Shown: in pieces, positions 1 to 15,000 of the stretch | How the letters are laid out: every line of letters starts with the position of its first letter | Position numbering within the stretch: the stretch's first letter is position 1 | Source: Isurus oxyrinchus | Lineage: Eukaryota | Assembly: GCA_026770705.1 (NCBI GenBank) | Contig: JANJGN010000021.1 | Coordinates: forward strand, 99,262,001 to 99,326,000 | DNA: 64,000 nucleotides | Direction: 5' to 3' | Notes under the pieces: generated by a model | Seen by the model: the letters and a program-made list of their open reading frames with translations, nothing else | Database searches by the model: none | Told to the model about the DNA's origin: nothing | Made by a program: the position numbers and the translations under genes

Positions 1-3000
1 AACATCTCAGTCCATCTCTCAGCACTGACCTCTGGGTCACTCCACTCAGTCCATCTCCCAGGACTGACCACTGGGTCACTGCGCTCAGCCCATCTCCCAG
101 CACTGACCCCTGGGTCACTGCGCTCAGTCCATCTCCCAGCACTGACCACTGGGTCAATCCACTCAGCCCATCTCCCGCACAGACCGCTGGGTCACTGTGC
201 TCAGTCCATCTCCCAACACTGACCCCTGTGTCGCTCCATTCAGCCCAACTCCAAACATCTGATCCCAGCGTGAACCTCTCAGTCCATCTCCCAACACTAA
301 CCCCTGAGTCACTTCACTCAGCCCATCTCCCAACACTGAAACCTGGGACACTCCACTCAGTCCATCACCCAGCACTGACCCCTGGGTAATTCCACTCAGT
401 CCATTTCTCAGCACTGACCCCTGGGTAACTCCACTCAGTCCATCTCCCAGCACAGACCCCTGCCACTCTTCAATCATTCCGTCTGCCACTGCTGACCCAT
501 GGGTCACTCCACTCAGTCCATCTCCCAGCACAGACTCTTGGGTCACTCCGCTCAGTTCATCTCCCAACATTGACCTGTGGGTCACTCTATTCAGTCCATC
601 TCCCAGCACTGACCACTGGGTCATTCCGCACAGTCCATCTCCCAGCACTGACCACTGGGTCACTGCGCTCAGTCCATCTCCCAGCACTTACCACTGGGTC
701 AATCCACTCAGCCTATCTCCCAGCACAGACCGCTGGGTCACTCCGCTCAGTCCATCTCCCACCACTGACCACTGGGTCAATCCACTCAGCCCATCTCCCA
801 GCACAGACCCCTGGGTCACTGCGCTTAGTCCATCTCCCAGCACTGACCACTGGATCAATCCACTCAGCCCATCTCGCAGCACAGACCGTGGGTCACTGTG
901 CTCAGTCCATCTCCCAGCACTGACTCCTGGGTCGCTCCATTCAGCCCAACTGCCAACATCTGATCCCAGCGTGAACCTCTCAGTCTATCTCCCAACACTA
1001 ACCTCCAGGTCACTCCTCTCAGTCCATTTCCAAGCACTAACCCCGGGACACTCCGCTCAGTCCATCTCTCAGCACTGACCCGTGGTTCACTCCACTCAGC
1101 CCATCACCCAGCAATGACGCCTGGGTCACTCCACTCAGTCAATCTCCCAGCACTGACCCCTGGGTCACTCCACTCAGCCCAAATCCCAACATTTGATCCC
1201 AGGTGAACATCTCAGTCCATCTCTCAGCACTTACCCCTGGGTCACTCCACTCAGTCCATCTCCCAGCACTGAACCCTGGATCACTCCACTCAGTCCATGT
1301 CTCAGCACTGACCCCTTGGTCACTCCACTCATTCTATCTCCCAGCGCTGAACCCTGGATCACTCCACTCAGTCCATTTCCCAGCACTGATGCCTGGGTCA
1401 CTCCACTCAGCCCATCGCCCAGCACTGACCACTGGGTCACTCCACTCAGTCTATCTCTAAGCGGTTACCCCTGGGTCACTCCACTCAGTCCATTTCCCAG
1501 CACTGACACCTGGGTCACTCCACGCAGTCCATCTCCCAGCACTGACCGCTGGGTCGCTCCATCCAGCCGAACTCCCAACATCTGATCCCAGCATGAACCT
1601 CTCAGTCCATCTCCCAACACTGACCTCTAGATCACTCCACTCAGTCCATCTGCGAGCAGTGATGCCTGGGTTACTCCATTCAGCTCATCTACCAGCACTG
1701 ACCCTTGGGTCACTCCGCTCAGTCCATTTCTCAGCACTGACCCCTGAGTCACTCCACTCAGTCCATTACCAAGCACTGATGCCTGGGTCACTCCACTCAG
1801 TCCATTACCAAGCACTGACCCCTGGGTCGCTGCATTCAGCCCAACTCCCAACATCTGAACCCCGCGTGAACCTCTCAGTCCATCTACCAACACTGACCTC
1901 GAGGTCACTCCACTCAGCCCATCGCCCAGCAAGAACCCTCGGTCACTCCACTCAGTTCATCTCCCAGCACTGACCCCTGAGTCACTCCACTAAGTCGATT
2001 TCCCAGCACTGACTCTTGGGTCACTGCACTCATTCCATCTCCCAGCACTGTCCCTGGGTCACTCTGCTCAGTCTGTCTCTCAGGACTGACCTCCGGGTCA
2101 CTCCACTCAAAGCATGTCCCAGCACTGTCCTCTGGGTCACTGCGTTCAGTCCATCTCTCAGCACTGACCCCTGTGTAACGCCACTCAGTCCATTTCCCAG
2201 CACTGATGACTGGGTCACTCCACTCAGCCCATCTCCTGCACTGACCCCTTGGCTACTCCACTCAGCCCATCTCCCACTACTGACCTCTGTGTCGCTCCAT
2301 TCAGTCAATCTAACAGCACTGACCCCTAGGTTACTCCACTCAGTCCAGCACCCATTACTGACCTCTGGGTCACAGCGCTCAGTCCATCTCTCAGAACTGA
2401 CCCCTGGAATAACCCGCCCAGTCCACCTCTCAGCAGTGAGCCCTGGGTCACTCACCTCCAGTACTGACCCCTGGGTCACTCCACTCAGTGCATCTTGCAA
2501 AACTGACCACTGGGTCACTCTTCTCGGTCCATCTCTCAGCACTGACTTATGGATCACTCCGCTCAGTCCATCTCCCAGCACTGACCCCTAGGTCACTCTG
2601 CTCAGTCCATCTCCCAGCACTGACCACTGGGTCACTCCGCTCAGTCCATCTCCCAGCACTGACCACTGGGTCACTGCGCTCAGCCCATCTCCCAGCACTT
2701 ACCCCTGGGTCACTGCGCTCAGTCCATCTCCCAGCATTGACACCTGGGTCACTCCACTCAGTCCATCTCCCAGCACTGATCCCTGGGTCGCTCCATCCAG
2801 CCGAACTCCCAACATCTCATCCCAGCATGAACCACTCAGTCCATCTCCCAACACTGACCTTTAGGTCACTCCACTCAGTCCATCCCACAGCACTGACCAC
2901 TGGGTCACTTCACTCAGTCCATCTACCAACACTGACCTCGAGGTCACTCCACTCAGTCCATCTCCCAGCACTGACCCCTGGGTCATTGCGCTGAGTCCAT

Positions 3001-6000
3001 CTCTCAACATTATCCCACTGTGACTCCGCACTAGTCCATGTCTCAGCACTGACCGCTGGGTCACTCTACTCAGCCCATCGCTCAGCAATGACCCCTGGGT
3101 CACTCCGCTCAGTCCATGTCTCAGCACTGACCCCTGGGTCACACCACTCAGCGCATCTCCCAGCATGACCTCTGGCTCACGTGACTCAGTCCATCTCCCA
3201 GCACTGACCCCTGGGTAACTCCACTCAGTCCATCTCCAAGCACTGACCCCTGGGTCACTCCACTCAGTCCATTACCAAGCACTGACGCCTGGGTCACTCC
3301 ACTCAGTGCATCTTGCAAAACTGACCACTGGGTCACTCTGCTCGGTCCATCTCTCAGCACTGACTTATGGATCACTCCGCTCAGTCCATCTCCCAGCACT
3401 GACCCCTAGGTCACTCTGCTCAGTCCATCTCCCAGCACTGACCACTGGGTCACTCCACTCAGTCCATCTCCCAGCACTGACCACTGGGTCACTGCGCTCA
3501 GCCCATCTCCCAGCACTTACCCCTGGGTCACTGCGCTCAGTCCATCTCCCAGCATTGACACCTGGGTCACTCCACTCAGCCCATCTCCCAGCACAGACCA
3601 CTGGGTCACTGTGCTCAGTCCATCTCCAAGCACTGACCCCTGGGTCGTTCCATTCAGCCCAACTCCCAACATCTGATCCCAGCGTGAACCTCTCAGTCCA
3701 TCTCCCAACACTAACCTCCAGGTCACTCCACTCAGTCTATTTCCCAGCACTGACCCCTGGGTCACTCCACTCAGTCCATCTCCCAGCACTGACCCCTGAG
3801 TCACTCCACTCAGCCCATCTCCCAGCACTGACCCCTGAGTCACTCCACTCAGCCCATCTCCCAATACTGAAACCTGGGACACTCCACTCAGTCCATCACC
3901 CAGCACTGACCCCTGGGTAATTCCACTCAGTCCATTTCTCAGCACTGACCCCTGGGTCACTCCACGCAGTCCATCTGCCACCACTGACCCCTGCCACTCT
4001 TCAATCAGTCCGTCTGCCAGCTCTGACCCATTGGTCACTCCACTCAATCCATCTCCCAGCACAGACCCCTGGGTCACTACACTCAGTCCATCTCCCAGCA
4101 CAGACTCCTGGGTCACTCCGCTCAGTCCATCTCCCAACATCGACCTGTGCGTCACTCCACTCAGCCCATCACCCAGCACAGACCGCTGTGTCACTGTGCT
4201 CAGTCCATCTCCCAGCACAGACCCCTGGGTCACTGTGCTCAGTCTGTCTCCCAGCACTGACCACTGGATCAATCCACTCAGCCCATCTCCCAGCACAGAC
4301 CGTTGGGTCACTGTGCTTAGTCCATCTCCCAGCACTGACCCCTGGGTCGCTCGATTCAGCCCAACTCCCAACATCTGATCCCAGCGTGAACCTCTCAGTC
4401 CATCTCCCAACACAAACCTCCAGGTCACTCTACTCAGTCCATTTCCAAGCACTAACCTCGGGACACTCCGCTTAGTCCATCTCTCAGCACTGACCCGTGG
4501 GTCACTCCACTCAGCCCATCACCCAGCAATGACGCCTGGGTCACTCCACTCAATCCATCTCCCAGCACTGACCACTGGGTCGCTCCACTCAGTCCATCTC
4601 CCAGCACTGACCCCTGGGTTACTCCACTCAGTCCATCTCCCAGCATTGACAACTGGGTCACTCCACTCAGTCCATCTCCCAACACTGATCCCTGGGTCGC
4701 TCCATCCAGCCGAACTCCCAACATCTCATCCCAGCATGAACCACTCAGTCCATCTCCCAAAACTGACCTTTAGGTCACTCCACTCAGTCCATCCCGCAGC
4801 ACTGACCACTGGGTCACTTCACTCAGTCCATCTACCAACACTGACCTCGAGGTCACTCCACTCAGTCCATCTCCCAGCACTGACCCCTGGGTCATTGCGC
4901 TGAGTCCATCTCTCAACATTATCCCACTGTGACTCCGCACACAGTCACTAGTCCATGTCTCAGCACTGACCGCTGGGTCACTCTACTCAGCCCATCGCTC
5001 AGCAATGACCCCTGGGTCACTCCGCTCAGTCCAGCTCTCAGCATTGACCCCTGGGTCACTCCACTCAGTCCATGTCTCAGCACTGACCCCTAGGTCACAC
5101 CACTCAGCGCATCTCCCAGCATGACCCCTGGCTCACGTGACTCAGTCCATCTCCCAGCACTGACCCCTGGGTAACTCCACTCAGTCCATCTCCAAGCACT
5201 GACCCCTGGGTCACTCCACTCAGTCCATCTCCAAGCACTGGCCCCTGGGTCACTCCACTCAGTCCATTACCAAGCACTGACGCCTGGGTCACTCCACTCA
5301 GTCCATTACCAAGCACAGACCCCTGGGTCACTGCGCTCAGTCCATCTCCCAGCACTGACCACTGGATCAATCCACTCAGCCCATCTCCCAGCACAGACCG
5401 TTGGGTCACTGTGCTTAGTCCATCTCCCAGCACTGACCCCTGGGTCGCTCGATTCAGCCCAACTCCCAACATCTGATCCCAGCGTGAACCTCTCAGTCCA
5501 TCTCCCAACACAAACCTCCAGGTCACTCTACTCAGTCCATTTCCAAGCACTAACCCCGGGACACTCCGCTTAGTCCATCTCTCAGCACTGACCCGTGGGT
5601 CACTCCACTCAGCCCATCACCCAGCAATGACGCCTGGGTCACTCCACTCAGCCCAAATCCCAACATCTGATCCCAGGTGAACATCTCAGTGCATCTCTCA
5701 GCACTGTCCCCTGGGTCACTCCACTCAGTCCATCTCCCAGCACTGACCACTGTGTCACTGCGCTCTGCCCATCTCCCAGCACTGACCCCTGGGTCAATCC
5801 ACTCAGCCCATCTCCCGCACAGACCGCTGGGTCACTGTGCTCAGTCCATCTCCCAACACTGACCCCTGTGTCACTCCATTCAGCCCAACTCCAAACATCT
5901 GATCCCAGCGTGAACCTCTCAGTCCATCTCCCAACACTAACCTCCAGGTCACTCCACTCAGTCCATCTCCCAGCACTGACCACTGTGTCGCTCCACTCTG

Positions 6001-9000
6001 TCCATCTGTCAGCACTAACCCCTGGGTCACTCCACTCAGTCCATCACCCAGCACTGACCCCTGTGTCACTCCACTCAGCGCATCTCACAGCACTGACCCC
6101 TGGGTCACTCCACTCAGTCCATCTACCAGCTCTGACCCCTGGTACACTCCACTCAGTCCATCTCCCAGCACTAACCTCTGGGTCACTCCGCTCAGCGCAT
6201 CTCCCAGCACTGACCCCTGGGGACACTGCGTTCAGTCCATCTCCCAGCACTGACCCCTGAGTCACTCCACTAAGTCGATTTCCCAGCACTGACCCTTGGG
6301 TCACTGCACTCATTCCATCTCCCAGCACTGTCCCTGGGTCACCCTGCTCAGTCTATCTCCCAGCACTGACCACTGGGTCAATCCACTCAGCCCATCTCCC
6401 AGCACTGACCCCTGGGTCGCTCCATTCAGCCCAACTCCCAACATCTGATCCCAGCGTGAACCTCTCAGTCCATCTCCCAACACTAACCTCCAGGTCACTC
6501 CACTCAGTCCATTTCTCAGCACTGACCCCTGGGTCACTCCACGCAGTCCATCTGCCAGCACTGACCCCTGGGTCACTCCACTCAGTCCATCACCCAGCAC
6601 TGACCCCTGGGTAATTCCACTCAGTCCATTTCTCAGCACTGACCCCTGGGTCACTCCACTCAGTCCATCTCCCAGCACTGACCCCTGCCACTCATCAATC
6701 AGTCCGTCTGCCAGTGCTGACCCATTGGTCACTCCACTCAATTCATCTCCCAGCACAGACCCCTGGGTCACTACACTCAGTCCATCTCCCAGCACAGACT
6801 CCTGTGTCACTCCTCTCAGTCCATCTCCCAACATCGACCTGTGCGTCACTCCACTCAGCCCATCTCCCAGCACAGACCGCTGTGTCACTGTGCTCAGTCC
6901 ATCTCCCAGCACAGACCCCTGGGTCACTGCGCTCAGTCCATCTCCCAGCACTGACCACTGGATCAATCCACTCAGTCCATCTCCCAGCACAGACCGTTGG
7001 GTCACTGTGCTTAGTCCATCTCCCAGCACTGACCCCTGGGTCACTCCATTCAGCCCAACTCCCAACATCTGATCCCAGCGTGAACCTCTCAGTCCATCTC
7101 CCAACACAAACCTCCAGGTCACTCTACTCTGTCCATTTCCAAGCACTAACCCCGGGACACTCCGCTCAGTCCATCTCTCAGCACTGACCCGTGGGTCACT
7201 CCACTCAGCCCATCACCCAGCAATGACTCCTGGGTCACTCCACTCAGCCCAAATCCCAACATCTGAACTCAGGTGAACATCTCAGTCCATCTCTCAGCAC
7301 TGACCTCTGGGTCACTCCACTCAGTCCATCTCCCAGGACTGACCACTGGGTCACTGCGCTCAGCCCATCTCCCAGCACTGACCCCTGGGTCACTGCGCTC
7401 AGTCCATCTCCCAGCACTGACCACTGGGTCAATCCACTCAGCCCATCTCCCGCACAGACCGCTGGGTCACTGTGCTCAGTCCATCTCCCAACACTGACCC
7501 CTGTGTCGCTCCATTCAGCCCAACTCCAAACATCTGATCCCAGCGTGAACCTCTCAGTCCATCTCCCAACACTAACCCCTGAGTCACTTCACTCAGCCCA
7601 TCTCCCAACACTGAAACCTGGGACACTCCACTCAGTCCATCACCCAGCACTGACCCCTGGGTAATTCCACTCAGTCCATTTCTCAGCACTGACCCCTGGG
7701 TCACTCCACTCAGTCCATCTCCCAGCACAGACCCCTGCCACTCTTCAATCAGTCTGTCTGCCACTGCTGACCGATGGGTCACTCCACTCAGTCCATCTCC
7801 CAGCACAGACTCTTGGGTCACTCCGCTCAGTCCATCTCCCAACATTGACCTGTGGGTCACTCTATTCAGTCCATCTCCCAGCACTGACCACTGGGTCATT
7901 CCGCTCAGTCCATCTCCCAGCACTGACCACTGGGTCACTGCGCTTAGCCCATCTCCCAGCACTGACTCCTGGGTCACTGCGCTCAGTCCATCTCCCAGCA
8001 CTGACCACTGGGTCAATCCACTCAGCCTATCTCCCAGCACAGACCGCTGGGTCACTCCGCTCAGTCCATCTCCCAGCACTGACCACTGGGTCAATCCACT
8101 CAGCACATCTCCCAGCACAGACCCCTGGGTCACTGCGCTCAGTCCATCTCCCAGCACTGACCACTGGATCAATCCACTCAGCCCATCTCGCAGCACAGAC
8201 CGTGGGTCACTGTGCTCAGTCCATCTCCCAGCACTGACTCCTCGGTCGCTCCATTCAGCCCAACTGCCAACATCTGATCCCAGCGTGAACCTCTCAGTCT
8301 ATCTCCCAACACTAACCTCCAGGTCACTCCTCTCAGTCCATTTCCAAGCACTAACCCCGGGACACTCCGCTCAGTCCATCTCTCAACACTGACCCGTGGT
8401 TCACTCCACTCAGCCCATCACCCAGCAATGACGCCTGGGTCACTCCACTCAGTCAATCTCCCAGCACTGACCCCTGGGTCACTCCACTCAGCCCAAATCC
8501 CAACATTTGATCCCAGGTGAACATCTCAGTCCATCTCTCAGCACTTACCCCTGGGTCACTCCACTCAGTCCATCTCCCAGCGCTGAACCCTGGATCACTC
8601 CACTCAGTCCATGTCTCAGCTCTGACCCCTTGGTCACTCCACTCATTCTATCTCCCAGCGCTGAACCCTGGATCACTCCACTCAGTCCATTTCCCAGCAC
8701 TGATGCCTGGGTCACTCCACTCAGCCCATCGCCCAGCACTGACCACTGGGTCACTCCACTCAGTCTATCACTAAGCGGTTACCCCTGGGTCACTCCACTC
8801 AGTCCATTTCCCAGCACTGACACCTGGGTCACTCCACGCAGTCCATCTCCCAGCACTGACCGCTGGGTCGCTCCATCCAGCCGAACTCCCAACATCTGAT
8901 CCCAGCATGAACCTCTCAGTCCATCTCCCAACACTGACCTCTAGATCACTCCACTCAGTCCATCTGCGAGCAGTGATGCCTGGGTTACTCCATTCAGCTC

Positions 9001-12000
9001 ATCTACCAGCACTGACCCTTGGGTCACTCCGCTCAGTCCATTTCTCAGCACTGACCCCTGAGTCACTCCACTCAGTCCATTACCAAGCACTGACGCCTGG
9101 GTCACTCCACTCAGTCCATTACCAAGCACTGACCCCTGGGTCGCTGCATTCAGCCCACCTCCCAACATCTGAACCCCGCGTGAACCTCTCAGTCCATCTA
9201 CCAACACTGACCTCGAGGTCACTCCACTCAGCCCATCGCCCAGCAAGAACCCTCGGTCACTCCACTCAGTCCATCTCCCAGCACTGACCCCTGAGTCACT
9301 CCACTAAGTCGATTTCCCAGCACTGACCCTTGGGTCACTGCACTCATTCCATCTCCCAGCACTGTCCCTGGGTCACTCTGCTCAGTCAGTCTCTCAGGAC
9401 TGACCTCCGGGTCACTCCACTCAAAGCATGTCCCAGCACTGTCCGCTGGGTCACTGCGTTCAGTCCATCTCTCAGCACTGACCCCTGTGTAACGCCACTC
9501 AGTCCATTTCCCAGCACTGATGACTGGGTCACTCCACTCAGCCCATCTCCTGCACTGACCCCTTGGCTACTCCACTCAGCCCATCTCCCACTACTGACCT
9601 CTGTGTCGCTCCATTCAGTCAATCTAACAGCACTGACCCCTAGGTTACTCCACTCAGTCCAGCACCCATTACTGACCCCTGGGTCACAGCGCTCAGTCCA
9701 TCTCTCAGAACTGACCCCTGGAATAACCCGCCCAGTCCACCTCTCAGCAGTGAGCCCTGGGTCACTCCACTCAGTGCATCTTGCAAAACTGACCACTGGG
9801 TCACTCTGCTCGGTCCATCTCTCAGCACTGACTTATGGATCACTCCGCTCATCCATCTCCCAGCACTGACCCCTAGGTCACTCTGCTCAGTCCATCTCCC
9901 AGCACTGACCACTGGGTCACTCCGCTCAGTCCATCTCCCAGCACTGACCACTGGGTCACTGCGTTCAGTCCATCTCTAAGCACTGACCCCTGTGTAACGC
10001 CACTCAGTCCATTTCCCAGCACTGATGACTGGGTCAATCCACTCAGCCCATCTCCTGCACTGACCCCTTGGCTTCTCCACTCAGCCCATCTCCCACTACT
10101 GACCTCTGTGTCGCTCCATTCAGTCAATCTAACAGCACTGACCCCTAGGTTACTCCACTCAGTCCAGCACCCATGACTGACCCCTGGTTCACAGCGCTCA
10201 GTCCATCTCTCAGAACTGACCCCTGGAATAACCTGCCCAGTCCACCTCTCAGTACTGACCACTGGGTCACTCCACTCAGTGCATCTTGCAAAACTGACCA
10301 CTGGGTCACTCTGCTCGGTCCATCTCTCAGCAGTGACTTATGGATCACTCCGCTCAGTCCATCTCCCAGCACTGACCCCTAGGTCACTCTGCTCAGTCCA
10401 TCTCCCAGCACTGACCACTGGGTCACTCCGCTCAGTCCATCTCCCAGCACTGACCACTGGGTCACTGCGCTCAGCCCATCTCCCAGCACTTACCCCTGGG
10501 TCACTGCGCTCAGTCCATCTCCCAGTACTGACCACTGGGTCAATCCACTCAGCCCATCTCCCAGCACAGACCACTGGGTCACTGTGCTCAGTCCATCTCC
10601 CAGCACTGACCCCAGGGTCGCTCCATTCAGCCCAACTCCCAACATCTGATCCCAGCGTGAACCTCTCAGTCCATCTCCCAACACTAACCTCCAGGTCACT
10701 CCACTCAATCTATTTCCCAGCACTGACCCCTGGGTCACTCCACTCAGTCCATCTCCCAGCACTGACCCCTGAGTCACTCCACTCAGCCCATCTCCCAGCA
10801 CTGACCCCTGAGTCACTCCACTCAGCCCATCTCCCAATACTGAAACCTGGGACACTCCACTCAGTCCATCACCCAGCACTGACCCCTGGGTCACTCCACT
10901 CAGTCCATCTCCCAGCACTGACCCCTGAGTCACTCCACTCAGCCCATCTCCCAGCACTGACCCCTGAGTCACTCCACTCAGCCCATCTCCCAATACTGAA
11001 ACCTGGGACACTCCACTCAGTCCATCACCCAGCACTGACCCCTGGGTAATTCCATTCAGTCCATTTCTCAGCACTGACCCCTGGGTCACTCCACGCAGTC
11101 CATCTCCCAGCACTGACCCCTGCCACTCTTCAATCAGTCCGTCTGCCAGCTCTGACCCATTGGTCACTCCACTCAATCCATCTCCCAGCACAGACCCCTG
11201 GGTCACTACACTCAGTCCATCTCCCAGCACAGACTCCTGGGTCACTCCGCTCAGTCCATCTCCCAACATCGACCTGTGCGTCACTCCACTCAGCCCATCA
11301 CCCAGCACAGACCGCTGTGTCACTGTGCTCAGTCCATCTCCCAGCACAGACCCCTGGGTCACTGTGCTCAGTCCATCTCCCAGCACTGACCACTGGATCA
11401 ATCCACTCAGCCCATCTCCCAGCACAGACCGTTGGGTCACTGTGCTTAGTCCATCTCCCAGCACTGACCCCTGGGTCGCTCGATTCAGCCCAACTCCCAA
11501 CATCTGATCCCAGCGTGAACCTCTCAGTCCATCTCCCAACACAAACCTCCAGGTCACTCTACTCAGTCCATTTCCAAGCACTAACCCCGGGACACTCCGC
11601 TTAGTCCATCTCTCAGCACTGACCCGTGGGTCACTCCACTCAGCCCATCACCCAGCAATGACGCCTGGGTCACTCCACTCAGCCCAAATCCCAACATCTG
11701 ATCCCAGGTGAACATCTCAGTCCATCTCTCAGCACTGTCCACTGGGTCACTCCACTCAGTCCATCTCCCAGCACTGACCACTGGGTCACTGCGCTCTGCC
11801 CATCTCCCAGCACTGACCCCTGGGTCAATCCACTCAGCCCATCTCCCGCACAGACCGCTGGGTCACTGTGCTCAGTCCATCTCCCAACACTGACCCCTGT
11901 GTCGCTCCATTCAGCCCAACTCCAAACATCTGATCCCAGCGTGAACCTCTCAGTCCATCTCCCAACACTAACCTCCAGGTCACTCCACTCAGTCCATTTC

Positions 12001-15000
12001 CCAGCACTGATGCCTGGGTCACTCCACTCAGTCCACCTCGGAGCACTGACCCCTGGGTCACTTCACTCAGCCCATCTCCCAACACTGAAACCTGGGACAC
12101 TCCACTCAGTCCATCACCCAGCACTGACCCCTGGGTAATTCCACTCAGTCCATTTCTCAGCACTGACCCTTGGGTCACTCCACTCAGTCCATCTGCCAGC
12201 ACAGACCCCTGCCACTCTTCAATCAGTCCGTCTGCCACTGCTGACCCATGGGTCACTCCACTCAGTCCATCTCCCAGCACAGACTCTTGGGTCACTCCGC
12301 TCAGTCCATCTCCCAACATTGACCTGTGGGTCACTCTATTCAGTCCATCTCCCAGCACTGACCACTGGGTCATTCCGCTCAGTCCATCTCCCAGCACTGA
12401 CCACTGGGTCACTGCGTTTAGCCCATATCCCAGCACTGACTCCTGGGTCACTGCACTCAGTCCATCTCCCAGCACTGACCACTGGGTCAATCCACTCAGC
12501 CCATCTCCCAGCACAGACCGCTGGGTCACTCCGCTCAGTCCATCTCCCAGCACTGACCACTGGGTGAATCCACTCAGCCCATCTCCCAGCACAGACCCCT
12601 GGGTCACTGCGCTCAGTCCATCTCCCAGCACTGACCACTGGATCAATCCACTCAGCCCATCTCCCAGCACAGACCGTTGGGTCACTGTGCTCAGTCCATC
12701 TCCCAGCACTGACTCCTGGGTCGCTCCATTCAGCCCAACTGCCAACATCTGATCCCAGCGTGAACCTCTCAGTCTATCTCCCAACACTAGCCTCCAGGTC
12801 TCTCCTCTCAGTCCATTTCCAAGCACTAACCCCGGGACACTCCGCTCAGTCCATCTCTCAGCACTGACCCGTGGTTCACTCCACTCAGCCCATCACCCAG
12901 CAATGACACCTGGGTCACTCCACTCAGTCAATCTACCAGCACTGACCCTTGGGTCACTCCGCTCAGTCCATTTCTCAGCACTGACCCCTGGGACACTCCA
13001 CTCAGTCCATTTCTCAGCACTGACGCCTGGGACACTCCATTCAGCCCATCTCCCAACATCTGAGCCAGCGTGAAGCTCTCAGTCCATCTCCCAGCACTGA
13101 CCTCTAGGTCAGTCCACTCAGTCCATCTCCCTGGACTGACCCCTGGGTCTCTCCACTCAGTCCATCTCCCAGCACTGACCCCAGGTCACTCCACTCAGTC
13201 CATTTCCAAACACTGACCCCTGGGACACTCCACTCAGTCCATTTCTCAGCACTGACGCCTGGGTTGGTCCATTCAGCCCATCTCCCAACATCTGACCCCA
13301 GTGTGAATCTCTCAGTCCATCGCCCAGCACTGAACTCTAGGTCACTCCACTCAGTCCATTGCACAGCTCTAACCCCAGGGACACTCCACTCAGTCCATCT
13401 CTCAGCACTGACCCCTGGGTCACTCCGCTCAGTCCATCGCCCAGCACTGACCCTGGGTCAGTCCGCTCATTCCATTTCTCAGCACTCACCCCTGGGTCAC
13501 TCCACTCAGTCCATTTCCCAGCATGGATGCCTGGGTTGCTCCATTCAGCCCATCTCCCAACATCTGACCCCAGCGTGAACCTCTCAGCCCATCTCCCAGC
13601 ACTGTCCCCTGGGTCAGTCCACTCAGCCAATCTCCCAGCACTGACCCCATGGTTACTCCATTCAGACAATCTCCCAGCACTGACCTCTGGGTCACTCCAT
13701 TCAGCCAATCACCCAGCAAGTACGCTTGGGTCACTCCATTCAGCCCATCTCCCAGCACTGGTGACTGGCTCACGCCACTCAGTCCTTCTCCCAGCACTGA
13801 CCTCTGGGTCGCTCCACTCAGCCCAACACCCAACACCTGACCCCAGGGTGAACATCTCAGTCCATCTCTCAGCACTGACCCCTGGGTTATTCCACTCAGC
13901 CCATCTCCCAGCCCTGATGACTGGCTCACGCTACTCATTCCTCTCCCAGCACTGACCTCTGGGTCGCTCCACTCAGCCCAACACCCAACACCTGACCCCA
14001 GGGTGAACATCTCAGTCCATCACACAGCAATGACTCCTGTGTCACCCCACTCAGTCAATTTCCTAGCCCTGACGTCTGGGTCAATCCACTCAGCCCATCT
14101 CCCAGCACAGACCCCTGGATCACTGCGCTTGTCCATCTCTCAACATTAACTCTCGGTGACTCCGCTCAGTCCATGTCTCAGCACTGACCCTGGGGTCACT
14201 TTCCTCAGTCCATCTCCCAGCGCCGAACCCTGGGTCACTCCACTCAGTCCATTTCCAAGCACTGACGCCTGGATTACTCCACTCAGCCCATCGCCCAGGA
14301 CTGACCCCTAGGTCACTCCACTCAGTTTATCTCTCAGCAGTGACCCCTGAGTCACTCAGCTCGGTCCAACTTCCAGCACTGACCCCTGGGTCACTCCACT
14401 CAGCCCATCTCCCAGCACTGACCACTGGGTCACTCCACTCAGTCCATTTCCAAGCACGGCTGCCTGGGTTACTCCATTCAGCCCATCACCCAGCACTGAC
14501 CCCTGGGTCACTCCACTCAGCCCATCTCCCAGCACTGACCCCTGGGTCACTTCGCTCAGTGCATTTCCCAGCACTGAACCCTGGGTCTCTCCACTCAGTC
14601 CATCTCCCAGCACTGACCCCTGGGTCGCTCCATTCAGCCCAACTCCCTACATGTGATTCCAGCGTGAACCTCTCAGTCCATCTCCCAACACTGACCTTTA
14701 GGTCACTCCACTCAGTCCATCGCCCAGCATTGACCCCTGTGTCACTCCGCGCTGTCCATCTCTCAGCACTGACCCCTGGGTCTCTCCACTCATTCCATCT
14801 CCCACCACTGATGCCTGGGTCAGTCCACTTAGTCCATCTCCCAGCACTGACTCCTGGGTCACTCCACTCAGCCCATCTCCCAGCACTGACCCCATGGTCA
14901 CACCATTCAGCCAATCTCCCAGCACTGACCCCTGGGTCACTCCACTCAGCCCATCTCCCAGCATTGACCCCATGGTCACTCCATTCAGCCCATCGTCCAG